Source: Octopus vulgaris (Eukaryota). From it: 64,000 bases of DNA. Shown here in pieces: positions 41,690 through 56,569 of the stretch. The notes beneath the pieces were generated by a model that was not told the DNA's origin, ran no database searches, and saw only the letters and a program-made list of their open reading frames with translations. The position numbers and the translations under genes were made by a program. The stretch lies in NCBI GenBank assembly GCA_951406725.2, contig OX597819.1, positions 105,338,001 to 105,402,000 of the forward strand, in the 5' to 3' direction. Within the stretch, counting starts at the first letter, position 1, and the number at the start of each line of letters is the position of its first letter.

Positions 41690-42250
41690 GTGGGGTGAGT
41701 ATGTAGTAATAAATGAATATAGATTAGTAGGGAAGATATATATATATATATACACACACACATATACACATATATGTATGTGTGTGTCTGTATATGTGAA
41801 TAGTTGAGTGAGATGAAGTGAAAATGTAGTATAGAAAACAATAGGTGAAGTGAATAGAGAGCAAGAGAGAGAGAGAGTGTGTGAGAAAGAGAGAGAAGAG
41901 AGAAAGAGAGTGAGAGTGTGAGAGAGAAAGGGAGGGAGAGAGAGGAAGGGTGGGAGAAAGAGGAAGAGAGAGCAAGTGATGGAGAGAGAAGGATAGATAG
42001 AGAAAGAAGCAGAGAGAGAGTGATACCACAGAAGTAGATAGATAACTATATATGGTGAAAGGATAAATCTAGCCAAGGGGCCTGGAGAGGCAGATTAATT
42101 GATTAATGTAGAAAGATAGTGTAACAAATATATAGATAAAAAGTGGGAGCGAACGTGAGAGAGAGAGAGAGAGAGAAAGAAAGAGAAAGAGAGAGAGAGA
42201 GAAGTGGTTAAAGGGACTGAAAGAATTTTCATAAGTTTCAAGGGTTGGTT

Positions 42251-42321
<71 letters not shown>

Positions 42322-42709
42322 GCTACTGCTGCTGCTGTTATGTTTGTTACTATTGTTATGTTGTTACTGTTGTTTCTGTCTGATATTATTATTATTATTA
42401 TTATTGTCATGGTAGTTGTTATTGTTGTTGGTATGCACCCCCCCCCAGCGAAGACAGCATCATTTGCAAAATGACCCTTGTAAGATTGCTCCCTATCTGT
42501 CAGCGTTGCTATAGTCTCCTAGCGGCTTGATGGCTGACCACATTGCTGACAACTCCTACAGACTGTTGATGATGATGATGATGATCATCATCATCATTAT
42601 TGCGGCGATTACCTTTGAATATCGTCATCACAGCTGATATCGCAGTTTCCGAAAACTAATACACATGCTACCAGAGAAGCATGACCACCACCACCACCAC
42701 CACCACCAC

Positions 42710-42754
<45 letters not shown>

Positions 42755-43429
42755 TATCATCACCCCTGCTACTGATATCACTGGCTCTCCTTCATCACTA
42801 TGCATTTGCATTGTGAAATTTCCATCCTCTGTGGGAGGAGTTTTCTATTCTAAGACTATCTTTAGCTCTATCGATGTAAGGTAATTACCAATATCAATAC
42901 CCCTCCCCCACCAGTATCTCCTCCTCCTCCTCCCCTCCTCCCCAACATCATCATCATCATCATCATCATTATCAACCTCGTCGTCGTCGTCAACATCATA
43001 ATCAGCATCAATAGCAGCATCAGCATCAGATTCATTATCGACATCGTTATCGTTCCTCGCATCATGTGGATGTGCAACATTAATTATAGTAGCGACTCCG
43101 AACACTGGTTACCAGTTTGATAAACGGAAGTAAATGGAGATGACGAAAGATGAGAACACCACCACCACCACAACCACCACCACAGTCACCACCGCCACCG
43201 TCACCACCACAACCACCACCACCATCGTCACCAACGTTACCGTCACCACCGTCACCACTACCACCACCACCACCGTCACTGTCACCACCACCGTCACCAA
43301 CATTACCGTCACCACCACCACCACCACCACCACCACCACCACCACCACCACCATCACCACCACTACCACCACCACTACCACCACCACCACAACCACCACC
43401 ACCAGTAACAACAACGACAGCAACAATAA

Positions 43430-44265
43430 CTTTTTAAATATAGGCACAAGGTCACAAATTTTCCGTAGTGAGAGTTGATCGATGCCATCGAACTCACAAC
43501 GCGTCAGTTGTTTTATTTTATCGAAACCGTAAGGATGAAAGGCGAAGTTGACCTCAGCATGATTTGAACTCAGAACGTAAGACGCCGGAACAATCAACAA
43601 CAATTTTTTCCGACGCTCTTATGATTTTGCCAATCCACCACCCAACAACAACAAAACAACAACTGTTTCTAATTTATGCACAATGCCATCACTTTTGAAG
43701 AGGACGGTAGTGATCGATACTATTGACCTCAGTATTTGACTGGTACTTTATTTTATTGAACTCCAAACTATGAAAGACAGAGTTGATCTTGGCGGGATTT
43801 GAACTCAAAAACTAAATAGACGGAACAAATATCAGAATGTATTTTCCTAACGCTCTAACAATTCTGCCAGCTCTCGCCCAAATAATCGTTTGTACATAGG
43901 CACAAGGCCTGAAATTTTAGGGGAGGAGGTAGTCGATTAAATAGACCCCAGTACTCAACTGGTACTTATTTTATACCCGCCAAACGGAAGAAAGTCAAAG
44001 ATGACCTTGATGCGTCTTGAACTTAGAAATGCCGCGAAGCATTTTCTTTGGCATGTTAACGGTTCTGTCAGCACATTAGCTTAACAATGGCTTCAAATTT
44101 TAGCACAAGGCCAGCAACTTCAGGGGAGCGGTAAGTCGATTACATTGACCGCAGTTTGTAACTGAAACTTATTTTATCCCACTCGAAAGGATGAAAGGCA
44201 AAGCTGACCTCGGTGGAATTTGAACTCAGAACCCAAAGACAGACGAAATGCCGCTAAGCATTTTG
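43430..44265 (-). mobile_element. Head-to-tail array of about four family-B SINE copies
   Basis: Repeated gcacaagg...gatgaaaggc...gacctc...tttgaactcagaa units of about 210-230 bp. Confidence 0.8.
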
Positions 44266-44279
44266 AAATTCATCTTCAA

Positions 44280-44960
44280 TCAGAAAGCCATACAGTCCAA
44301 ATGTGTATCAGTGATGTCGTTCTAATCTCCCACTAATGCTAAAGGACGGAACATCCTTATGAAAACCTCTAGACGTCTGAAGATATTTGTCTGTCTCACC
44401 CCTGCCAGGATTTTGGCAACTACTTGTCTGATGGTATCCACTTCGCTAGTGTTGGTATTCAGGGCCACCACTTATCATCCAGTTCCAGGAAGATCGATCG
44501 TACCTCGAGACCTAGCTCTTTCTGAAACAGCATCGTAACTCTGCCCTACCAGGTCGGCTAAGAAATGTTTTGATCTCAAACCCGCCAAAAATAGGCACCA
44601 AAGCGCGTGTCAAAAATCCTGGTCTTTACTGATGGTTATCACATCCTTAGCTAATGACTTTAGGTAATTGAACAGGCATCCCTGCTTCCAGGGTAATCCT
44701 AGGTCAGCTGCATTTATGAACGCCTCTCTCAAAGATGGCATGTTCGTAGGAAAGAAGGATTTTTGTTTTGTAGGTAATTGGATGTATCAAAATCTCTTTA
44801 CAGTATGGGGTCATTAGGGAAACCCTGAAGGTGTCTGTTCGAAGTCATGATGTTAGGATTTCCAACGTTATGTGGGAACCACCTTCTCATTTTTCTTTCG
44901 TGTTGCTTGTCAGTATTACCAGTTTCAGTCATGTAAAATCTCTAAGAAAATTAAAATTTA
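44280..44960 (-). pseudogene. Degenerate Tx1 ORF2 endonuclease remnant
   Basis: Minus-strand LGLPWKQGCLFNYLKSL (cf. SPWKQGYLLNDIKSL) and FRRLEVFIRMFRPLALVGD*N (cf. FRRLESFMGTSRPLLLVGDWN). Confidence 0.75.
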
Positions 44961-45388
44961 CCTTTTAAACTTTTCAAACTTCTTTTATATATATATATGT
45001 ATATACTTTATTTAAAAGCAGCAGAAATATAACAAAAGCTGTTACTCAGAGTATATATATATATATATAAAGTTTCTAGTTTGAGTCACACGTGTCTCGA
45101 GATGTGCCGAAGATTTTCTATTTTGGATATATTTGGGGTACTTAGGTCTGCTCAGGACTTAGTGCTTGCTTTTTCTATGGGTATGAGTAAGTATTTCATT
45201 TGTCTTGCGTATTTATCGCTGAGGAGGGAAAATTCTTATGAATTAACTCCGAAATTGGGACCAATACGGTAATAACGGATTTTTTTAGAAATTTCTGTCG
45301 GCTTGTTTCGAGACGCTTAAATTATAATGGTTATTGACAATTTTGTCTTTTTCGGCATATTTGGCATTAGGATTTTTCTTTTGCCCCT

Positions 45389-45478
<90 letters not shown>

Positions 45479-45594
45479 TTAGAGACAAAACCACTATTAG
45501 GCAAATCAAACAATGAAAGACTTAAGCCAATACATATGATTAATTTATATTATTTAAATATGTAACAAAATTATTAAAAAATATAATTAATATC

Positions 45595-45657
45595 CCACTA
45601 CGATCGTTTCCTGCCTGCTGTCTTCAAATTTTTGAGTCGCAGTCATTCATCAGGTGG
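45595..45657 (-). ncRNA. Canonical-core type I hammerhead ribozyme in a ~210-bp unit ending at (TA)n
   Basis: Minus strand CCAC-CUGAUGA-a UGaCUGC..loop..GCAGgCA g-GAAA-CGAUCG-UA-GUGG; palindromic CGAUCG. Confidence 0.85.
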
Positions 45658-45713
45658 TTTAAATATTTTTCTTGGCGAGGTTTAAACAATATATATATAT
45701 ATATTCTTTTCTT

Positions 45714-45991
45714 TTCTTTTACTTGTTTCAGTCATTTGACTGCGGCCATGCTGGAGCACCGCCTTTAATCGAGCAACTCGACCTCGGGACTTATTCTTTG
45801 TAAGCCCAGTACTTATTCTATCGGTCTCTTTTTGCCAAACCGCTAAGTGACGGGGACATAAACACACCAGCATCGGTTGTCAAGCAATGCTAGGGGGACA
45901 AACACAGACACACAAACACACACACGCATATACACATATATACACATATATACGACGGGCTTCTTTCAGTTTCCGCCTACCAAATCCACTC

Positions 45992-45993
<2 letters not shown>
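45714..45993 (-). mobile_element. SINE family A, head missing
   Basis: Near identical to the reverse complement of 53895-54220. Confidence 0.9.
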
Positions 45994-46056
<63 letters not shown>

Positions 46057-48229
46057 GTAATTATTAAGTTGAGGTTATCCTTTCATAACCACATAATTAC
46101 TTTTACGTTATTTAATATCTAATTAACATTATGTTTTGTCATAATTCTTCTTTAGTAGTTCACAATATCAAGAAGGCTACGTGTGAAGACAAGAATAACC
46201 ACAGTAATATTTATATGTGATTTCATATACTTTATTAACTTGCGTCATTTGTATTATGTGTTCATATAAATAATTTAATGGAATAATGATCACGAAACAA
46301 TGAATATACAATAGGAATTTTCGGTGATACAACATCCTAGATAAGATGAAAGTAGTCCATAGTTACTGAAGGCAAAATAAGAAGAAGGAATTAAATCTAC
46401 TGCATATAATCAGTGAGCGGGATTCCAAACAACAATTAAAGGTTGGTGTTTTTGTGAAATACGACAAAAGTATGTTAAAATAAGGAAAGGTAAAAAAGGG
46501 CGTGAGGTCAACTTTTTGAGTAAAGTGACAAAGTTTCATCTGGATGGCCGAGTGGCTGAATTGGCCAGGTTTTTATAACTGTTAGCCAAATTTTCTGGAA
46601 CATTTGGTCAATCTATCCGACGGGAAAGCTCGCATTCTTTCTTTGAAATTCATCACATCAGCCATAAAATATCAGCCGGTCTTGACTGGTCGAGATTCAC
46701 GTAGGTGTTAATACACTTATGGTGACATAAAAGTAAGTCGAAGTCCAGAGCTGGAAAAGTTTGAGAGCGATGGTTCAAAAGTCAACGGGACCTTAAGAAA
46801 GAGTAAAAGTATTGTATCTAAATGGAGGACCCTTATGGGATAAAATGCATGGTATTCTCCAAGAAAATAATCTTCCTTACACAGTATTTAAACACGAAGC
46901 AAACACAAACGCAATTATTAAAGTCGTTTTAAATGGTAAGAGTCTCTGTCTCAGATGGCGGGTGACTTTACCCCACAAATACTCGCACAGAGACACACAC
47001 AGATATAAACACACACAGACACACACCTACACAAACACATACAGACGCGCGTTGACACATTCACACAAGGACACAGACACACAGGGATACACACGGACAC
47101 AGGCATATAGACATACACACACAAACACACACGTACATGCACATACATACACACGGTGGATCTCCGTCATTTGAGGTTGAAGATTCAGTTGTTCCGTAAA
47201 TTGAATTACCTGCTCCTTAATTAATCTATAAATGATTGAGTATTACACTGTTACGTGTATGCTTAATGTGATTCGCTGGTAGATTCAGCGTGACACGGTG
47301 TGTGATAACGCTGTACTTTTTGAATTACAGTTCCAATCCACCCGAAGTACCTAATCAATAGCATAGAGTTGATATATAAAATCACAAATTAAGCTAACAC
47401 CGTAGGGGATAATTTAATTTGCTTGTTCGTGCTTTTCGCGGTTCGTTATCTCCGAGGAACGGGCAACAAACCGTGTAACGGCTCGTCAAGAAACTTCTGT
47501 TTTTTTCCTGTGCATCAAAATCATAGAACTGCATTCACATTCTTATTTTATCTACAGTGAAACTGTAATAGTTAAATGTATTTCACTTCAGATTCGCGCT
47601 GATCTTCGCTTAAAATACATATTGTTTAATACACGCATATATCTACCCTTTCTCCCTTTCTCGCCCTCTCACCAATCTCTCTCTACTTTTGTCCGCTAAT
47701 TGCATGGATAATCTTAGTCAAGCTTTTCCAACTGATTTTTATATTTATTATGCTGACTTCCTCTTTGAGATAATTCCCCTTTTGTTAAAAGAAACATATT
47801 CGGCTGATTGGTAAAGACTCACTCACTGAAACACGGTTTCTGTTATCTTATCTACCGCTACCTCAACAGTTTCTTTCGTCTGTTATAGCAAAACCTTTTC
47901 TAGGTCCTTGCGATCTACTAGCATCTTATCGAACATGAGATGGTACGCAGAGCTGTTTTAACGCCACTTATTTAGCGTCACTGATTTGATGCTGACTTAT
48001 TTGACATCAGACCTTTTTATGATTCTCTCATTCTATCCCTCCCTTCATTTTTTTTGTTTATGCGTGTGAGTATATTTATGTGCATGAGGAGAGGGAAAGT
48101 GTTTGTCACCCGTCTTTCATTGCTTATGTTAATCGTCTTTCTCCCTTTCCCCCTCTCCTCTCCCTCAATCTCCCCTCTCGCCCCTCCCTCAATCTCTCCT
48201 CTTACTCTCCCTCTCTCCTCTCTTTCTCT

Positions 48230-48385
48230 CTCTCTCCTCTCTTACTCTCCCCCTCTCCTCTCTTACTCTCCCTCTCTCCTCTCTTACTCTCCATCTCTCC
48301 TCTCTTACTCTCCCTCTCTCCTCTCTTACTCCCTCTCTCTCCCCTCTTACTTTCCCGTCTTACTCTCCCTTCTTACTCTCTCTCT
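48230..48385. repeat. 21-bp pyrimidine minisatellite (ctcttactctccctctctcct)
   Basis: About six visible tandem units. Confidence 0.8.
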
Positions 48386-50094
48386 TTTTATATGTATGTG
48401 TATATTTCTGCGCGTGCGTGTATTTTCCTCCAGTGCTAAAAAGTACTGTCACCAAAACTAGCCGTACCAAATCGTCTGTGTCCCAACATTGGCGCCAAAT
48501 CACCTCATTCCGCTTCTTATTTCATCATCCCTATTATTGCGTATGACAAAACGCTATACCCACTCCATCATCTCCAGAATTGTTGCCATCTGGAATGAAA
48601 TATATTCTCAGCAAACTTTGATGAACAAAACTTTAAACTGAACATCAGTCGCCTCGGTTTTTCCAGTGAGGGAGGATTTGCAAAAGCCACGAGCATTGTT
48701 GCTTCTTCCTCGTCCGACATTTTTGTCTTTTATTATAGGAAATTGCTCTCAGCTGTTAAAACAGACCCCAAGTAACAGCTTAATATTTGTGAGTTACAAA
48801 AGAAAAGGAAAGAAAAGAAAATTTAAGAAGAATCTGCCCTAATACATGTAGTCTCATTTATCACTGATTCCTTCACTGATTCGAGGTAACACAGTACGTT
48901 CTATTCTAACCATGTTACGCTTATTACGGATGGATCTGTGATAACACGGGTTGGCGATCAGATTCTGTTTGTACCGCAAAAACGCATCTCAGCAACCACC
49001 CACAATGCTCACATCCCTTGAATGCACTGACTGTCGCTGTGTTTGCATGACCAAGCTGTAAGACTGCAGATTTTTTTGTATGATTTACATATTCGTACTC
49101 CTAAGGATTCAGACAAATATATTTTCCACAGGAAAAGGTAGGTAATTAAAAAAAAATAAATGACGGTAGAATCTTCGCTATTGTGGGCCGCGCGTTTGGC
49201 GTCAATGAATCTACCACTCATTCATTTATTCCATTCACAAAGCTCTTGGAGATGATTCATTTATCACGAATTCATTATCACGAATTCATTTATCACTGTT
49301 TTTGTTTTAACGAAACAGTGATAAATGAATTCGTGACAAACAACGATAGATGTAATTATAAAATGATCAAGGCAAGATTTAAAGAATGACGATCGTATGT
49401 CTGCGAAACAAGAAGGAAAATAATTCCGTAAGATAGATACGAGGTAATAAAAAAAAAATATTTGAATTGAAATACCATTTACAAGAGGCGGACAACAAAT
49501 GTGACAGGATGAGAATTAGCAGAAAGATCAATAATATTAACTAAAATAAAAAACAAAACAAAACAAAAAAAACAAACAAAATAAACAAAAAAAAAACCAA
49601 TTATGAAATCCATTCCCTATAAGTATATGTAATCAAACAATTTTATTTAAAATCATAGAAGATCGAACTTACTGACCTGTTTGTCATAGGTAACACATTT
49701 TTAATAAGTTATGTAAGGTATGAATAATAGCAGGTTTTATAAGAAGCTAGACGTGAAAAAATATATTAATAAACAATTTTTAAAAAAATGGTAAACCGCG
49801 CCCTGACCATAAATAATGCTAAGAAAGAGAAGTGGCATAGCAATTAGATTATATTGAATAAAAGAGTTATGTGCAAGTCATGTTATTTCGATGCTTTGAA
49901 TAGTTCTGAAGAAATGGTTAGAATTTGGAACAACAATTGGTGTTTAGAGCTCACAGAATACAAAAATAATCAACCTTTTCAATGTTTGTTTATTTTTATT
50001 TGTTGTATTCATTTACATGGAATGTTGGAAATGAATTTGCAAAGACCGAGAAATGTCATGATTTGTTGAAGTAATAATAATAATAATAATAATG

Positions 50095-50152
<58 letters not shown>

Positions 50153-50363
50153 TAATAATAATAATAATAATAATAATAATAGTAATAATAATAATAATAA
50201 TAATAAAGTATTCATGCCCTGAAAAAACATACGTACACACATATATAGACGTATATAGATGTAGACATACAATCATTTATATGCACAATAAGGACAAATA
50301 TAAACATGCATACAGGCATATATATATATGTATAATATGTGTGTATGCGTGCGTGTGTGTGTG

Positions 50364-50422
<59 letters not shown>

Positions 50423-50484
50423 AATGTAGATATATATTTTCTTTTATTCTTTTATTCATATGTATATGTATATATGTGTGTGTA

Positions 50485-50517
<33 letters not shown>

Positions 50518-50652
50518 GTAATTATATATACATATATATGTATTTATGTATATATATATATAATTATATATAATTATATATACATATATATGTATTTATG
50601 TATATATATATATATATACATATATATGTAAGAACATATATATATATATATT

Positions 50653-50708
<56 letters not shown>

Positions 50709-51094
50709 TGTATGTGTATATGTATGCATGCATATATATGCATCTATATATATGTGTGTATATAGATATATGTATGTATATATGTGTGTGTATGCATACA
50801 TATGTATATAAATGTATAAATGTGTATGTGCGTATATCAACAAACTCAACACACACACATGCACATAAACACATGCTCATGCTTACACACACACACACAT
50901 TGCCCGTACAAATAAATACCGACACCCTCACACAGATACACCCCTACGCATATTCCCATATCTACATCCATAAAAAGTCATCTACATTTGCACACCACAC
51001 GCGCAGACACATACCCTCATATTGAAAGAAGGGAAAAACGTAGCTGATCAAAGTAAATAAAAAGTCAACAAACATTATAATATAGTTGCTAACA

Positions 51095-51136
<42 letters not shown>

Positions 51137-51177
51137 GATACACACACACATATCTACCTACGTACCTACCAACCTGC

Positions 51178-51366
<189 letters not shown>

Positions 51367-51661
51367 TATGTATACATATATCTATGTATATACATATATA
51401 TACATACATATATACATACACACACACGTACGCGCGCGCACCCACACACGCACATATATCGTACACAAATGAACAAATGATTATGAGAGTGGACTTTAAC
51501 AAGTGCCTCACCTACTCTATTTGTTTAAATAAATACTCTAAAAACGTTTACTTTAAGTAGTATGACATGTGTACACTGTTTTCTCTTTTTCCTTGAGATA
51601 GAAAACATACGTATGGATGTTTGTGTATGTGTGCATGTATGCGTCCGGACGTATACGTACA

Positions 51662-51745
<84 letters not shown>

Positions 51746-51773
51746 GACCTATCTATCTATCTATCTATCTATC

Positions 51774-51854
<81 letters not shown>

Positions 51855-51868
51855 TTAATAACAATAAC

Positions 51869-51928
<60 letters not shown>

Positions 51929-53416
51929 CACGAAGTATTGACAAAAAGATCGAGGTCGGTACAGGACGATACAGTGTGGGATTATATAAAAAGATGTGTA
52001 AACAAGAGATTACAAAACAAAAAGAAAAACTCGAAAAGAATAAAAATTCTCCACAAGGTGGGGTGATGGTGCTAGACTTTCTCAAAAGTACTTGCGGAAC
52101 CCCAGAAAAACCACGGTCACTCTGACCACTAAGGCAGGTGTCCTCACCCAGCTGTCTTTGTCTAATTAACAGGCGTGTGATTTGAGTCATGCTCTTTCAC
52201 TCGGACCATACTCGACGATCTCAACAAACTCATCCACTTTCCAATAAATTTACTAGGAAGAAGCACTTCCTTTCCCAACCTCATTTTCCTTCTTCAGTAA
52301 AACCGGACAATGTTGATGAGCGCTTGACCAAAGAGTAATGTATCTCCGTTCAGCTCTTTCAGTCTCGTCCACTACACAGCTACTTTCTAAGTTCACCAGA
52401 CAGATAAAAACTATCTATTTTCGCCCTAAACAAGATGGCAGGCGATCTTCACAATTGCCCCAGCTGATAGCTGGACCCGTCCTAAACGCGCTGGCACTAT
52501 ACGTCATATTTCCACCTGTCAAAATGCTCGGCCACTGAATGAATGCGCGTAGAACGGTTTCGTTACCTTGCGCGCATCTTGGACAGGCTCAGTTGACAGT
52601 ACTTCAATGTTTGCAGAGTTTCTCCTGAACCGGCAATCCCCACCCTCCGTTAGCACAAACGGACCAGGGATTTCTAGAAATTATCCAGCATTATGGATCC
52701 AGGTGATAGCCGAAACTGACAAGCCAATTGACTTCCATCGACACCCAGAATTTTCCCGAGAATGGCGTCGCTGTCCACGATTAATCATTTAGAGAGTGTC
52801 AACGTGGAAATTTCACCTATCGTATTACTCGACTATTAGAAAGCTGTGAATGCTCAACAACATTCCAGATGCCAAACGTCCTGCTTCCGTCTCTGATTCA
52901 GGACTTCAGCTCTATCAAAGAGGCACGCTAGAGGAAAACGTGCCTGACAAACAGGCAAGATTTTAAAGAATGATGATCGTATGTCTGCGAAACAAGAAGG
53001 AAAATAATTCCGTAAGACAGATGTACGAGGTAATAAAAATTTTTTAAAAATCTATTTGAGGGTGTTATGGTGCAAGTTTAGACCACGGGCGTACGAAGCC
53101 GAAAATGGCAGCCATTTAAGCGATATCATTTTTCACACGTGATGTAGAGGTGATGCAAACTTTGACGTGGGCATATTAATTTCCATTATGTCCTTTATAT
53201 CGTATCAAAATTAAGGAAGTTATTAAAAATTGAATCCCATCAGTGACTTTTGGGACATCCTGTATATGCATATAGGTGTATGTGCGTAGGTGTGTGCGTC
53301 TTTGTGCTTGTCTTCCACTGCCGCTCGACTGGTGGTGTCAGTTTCGATCGAATCCCCTGCGAGTTAACTCGGGATCTCCTAACGCCGATGTAAATTTCAC
53401 GTAATCAAGGTATCCT

Positions 53417-53502
53417 TGGCCTGAAGAGTAGTTTGCGGTCTACACATCTTTTGGATAATTTCAACTTACGAAGTTTCGCTAGCTATGAAACAAATGTAGG
53501 CT
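53417..53502 (+). ncRNA. Type I hammerhead motif with extended stem II, just before (TA)n
   Basis: CUGAAGA 53421-53427; GUAGUU/AGCUAU plus GCGG/UCGC stem II; GAAA-CAAAUG-UA; stem I decayed (uggc/ggcu). Confidence 0.65.
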
Positions 53503-53505
53503 TGA

Positions 53506-53576
<71 letters not shown>

Positions 53577-53800
53577 CCTGAGAACTTCGTTAGGGGTACA
53601 CGTGTCTATGGATTGCTCAGTCACTTGCACGTTAATTTCACGAGCAAGCTGTTCCGTTGATCGTATCAGCTGGGACCCTCGTCGTCGTAACACGACGGAG
53701 TGCTCCTAGAAGTACAGTAGCTATACTTATGTCAGAGATTTCATCGAAATTTAGTAAACAATTTAATAAAGAGAAAGTATATAAAAATAACTTACAAATA

Positions 53801-53935
53801 GGTGCAGGAGTGGCTGGGTGGTTCTGGGTTAAGTCCCACTGCGTGGCACCTTGGGCAAGTGTCTTCTACTATAGCCTCGGGCCGGCCAAAGCCTTGTGGG
53901 TGGATTTGGTAGATGGAAACTGAAAGAAGCCCGTC

Positions 53936-54010
<75 letters not shown>

Positions 54011-54220
54011 TGTGTGTGTTTGTGTGTCTGTGTTTGTCCCCCTAGCATTGCTTGACAACCGATGCTGGTGTGTTTATGTCTCCGTTACTTAGCGGTTCGG
54101 CAAAAGAGACCGATAGAATAAGTACTGGGCTTACAAAAGAATAAGTCCCGGGGTCGAGTTGCTCGATTAAAGGTGGTGCTCCAGCATGGCCGCAGTCAAA
54201 TGACTGAAACAAGTAAAAGA
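53801..54220 (+). mobile_element. tRNA-derived SINE family A with internal (TA)n, resembling octopus OK-type SINEs
   Basis: tRNA-like head, CORE-like gcaccttgggcaagtgtc, internal microsatellite, conserved end tgactgaaacaagtaaaaga; at least seven copies or fragments in the window. Confidence 0.88.
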
Positions 54221-54948
54221 GTAAATAGTTCTTAGAGAGAGAATTATTCAAGATGGCTCACAGTTACTCCTAATGCCTACTATCCTCTTATTCCGCGAGG
54301 CATACTTTGGCATTCAACCTTTTGGTGTCGATAAAATAAGTACAAGTCGAAGACTGGAGTCGATGTAAACAACTTAGGTCCTACCCCTAAACTGCTGGCC
54401 TTGTGAAAAAGTTTGAGGCCAATATCTTTACCTTTCAAAGGGTTTGGATTTTACAGAATCATTACATCTTTGTTTTTCATCATTTCGGGGTCGATAAAAT
54501 AAGTACTAGTTAAGTACAAAGTTCATTTTAATCGATTAATTCCCTTTCCCATTTCTTTCCTTTCTCCCTTTCTCTCCCTCCCCATTTCTGTTTCCGAATT
54601 CGTTACGCTGTGGGTGGGTGACTGGAGAACCCCATCGTGTTCTTTCTCATTAGTTTTTCCCTCACGAATAGGAAAGAGGTTTGAGTTACAGGTTAACAAC
54701 ATCTCGTTGGACATTCTATAAAGATCAGCCTGAAAAACATAGTTTTACTAGATACGAAGCTGTTGTTACTGTTTCATGCGACCAATACTGACATTGTAGG
54801 CATTGGAGACATGTAAAAAAATAATATTCACATCAGCGCGATGTGAACTAAAAAATGCTAATTATTTTTATTTACATACTGGTTTCAGCTATCTTCCCTC
54901 TTCAACGACAACGCCATGATGACAGTAATAGTGAGGATGCTGCTGCTG

Positions 54949-55528
54949 CTCTTCTTCTTCTTCTTCTTCTTCTTCTTCTTCTTCTTCTTCTTCTTCTTCT
55001 TCTTCTTCTTCTTCTTCTTCTTCTTCTTCTTCTTCTTCTTCTTCTTCTTCCAATCAGGACTCACGCCATTAGCCACAAAGAATAATCTCTTATTCGAGCC
55101 TACTCTAAGCTACTAAGAATGCGTGTGACAACTTGAAGATCCACCCACCAAACGCGATGGACTGGCGGTTGCACGGGCGCGGAAACTACGTTGTTATCCT
55201 TATTCCGTAAACGGTGGCTTTTCACGAGTGGAGAGCTGAACCATCCTGGGGTACGGAGGATTCGCAATCTAGACTAGGGTCTGAAAGTTTACCACACCAT
55301 AGTGGGTTACACCATGGTTCCTCTGCTTTGTGGAAGAGTAAGAAGAAAGAGTGAGAGAAAGTTGTGGTGAAAGAGTACAGTGGGGTTCACCACCCCTCTC
55401 CGCCGGAGACTCGTAGAGCTTAGGTGTTTTTGCTCAATAAACACTCACAATGCCCGGTCTGGGAATCGATACCGCGTTCTTACGACCGCGAGTCTGCTGC
55501 CCTAACCACTGGGCCATTGCGCCTCCAC
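54949..55528 (-). mobile_element. Long SINE family D copy with (AAG)n tail and 14-bp TSD
   Basis: Head ggaggcgcaatggcccagtggttagggcagc; TSD ggatgctgctgctg at 54935-54948 and 55529-55542. Confidence 0.85.
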
Positions 55529-56569
55529 GGATGCTGCTGCTGATAACCACGACAACTGTAAAGAGGATTACGATGACGACAACGGTAGCAGCAGTGACGA
55601 CGACGATAATGATGATGGGTTGACAGAGGTAAAAAAAAAAAACAAGAATGAAACAAAACAAATAGCTAATGTCATGAAGAACAGGTATTGCAAGTAAAGA
55701 ACAGGTGAAATGAAAATAAACTTACTCCACCTAAGTAAATGCTGCCTCGCCAAACATTTCGTTTCTGTTTATTGTCTGTTTTGTTATATTGTCATGTGAG
55801 AGTATGTAACTAAACATGTGATTTAAGGATCTGTAAATTTGAATATTAACCCGGTTGGACAAAACTACTTTCCTAATTTTATAAAAAAACCAAAAAAAAA
55901 AACCCCAAAACAAAACAAAACAAAATAAAAAAAAACAGATTCATCCTTGCAGATTCATTCGTTACTTAGCTACAAGTTGCAGTTTTGATTAAATAAATCT
56001 TATGTAAGTATAAATGATACTCTACCACTTCAAAAATGCTAGCAAAATTATTGTTGTTTATAAATTTAGAGGAAAAGGGTTAGTCGATTAAAATTAAACC
56101 GACTCCTGTCCCTGACCGGTATTTTATTTTATGATTCAGGAGCTATGAAAAGCAAGGTCGAGCATACAAGGATTTGAATTCAGAATGTAAAGAGCCGGAA
56201 AAAATACCGCAGGGCATTTTTTTCCCGCTATTTTTAACGTTTTAACGGTTCTACTTATAATCTACCACCTTAATAATAATGATTATAACAACAATTTCTA
56301 ATTTAGGCACGTGGCCAGCAGTTTCGTGGGGAGGTGGTTTTTTGACTGGTACTTTGTTTGATCGACTCCGAAAGGATGAAAGGCGAAGTCGACCTCGGTG
56401 GAGTTTGAACTCAGAATGATAAGAGCCGAAATACTCCATGGTATCTGTTCTGAGGCTTTAACGATTCTGCCAATACAACGCCCTCATTTATGATGATTAT
56501 TATGGTTTCTGGTTTAGACACAGTCAACAATTTTAAGGTGATGACGGTTAGCCTATAAAAAAGACCCTA

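Noticed and set aside
45003-45052. Minus-strand CUCUGAG-UA-ACAG fragment between TA repeats, like an HHR 3' half
   Set aside because: Truncated before any core nucleotides.
52600-52950. YPALW peptide resembling a Ty3/gypsy gag start
   Set aside because: Too short; no LTR, PBS or pol sequence.
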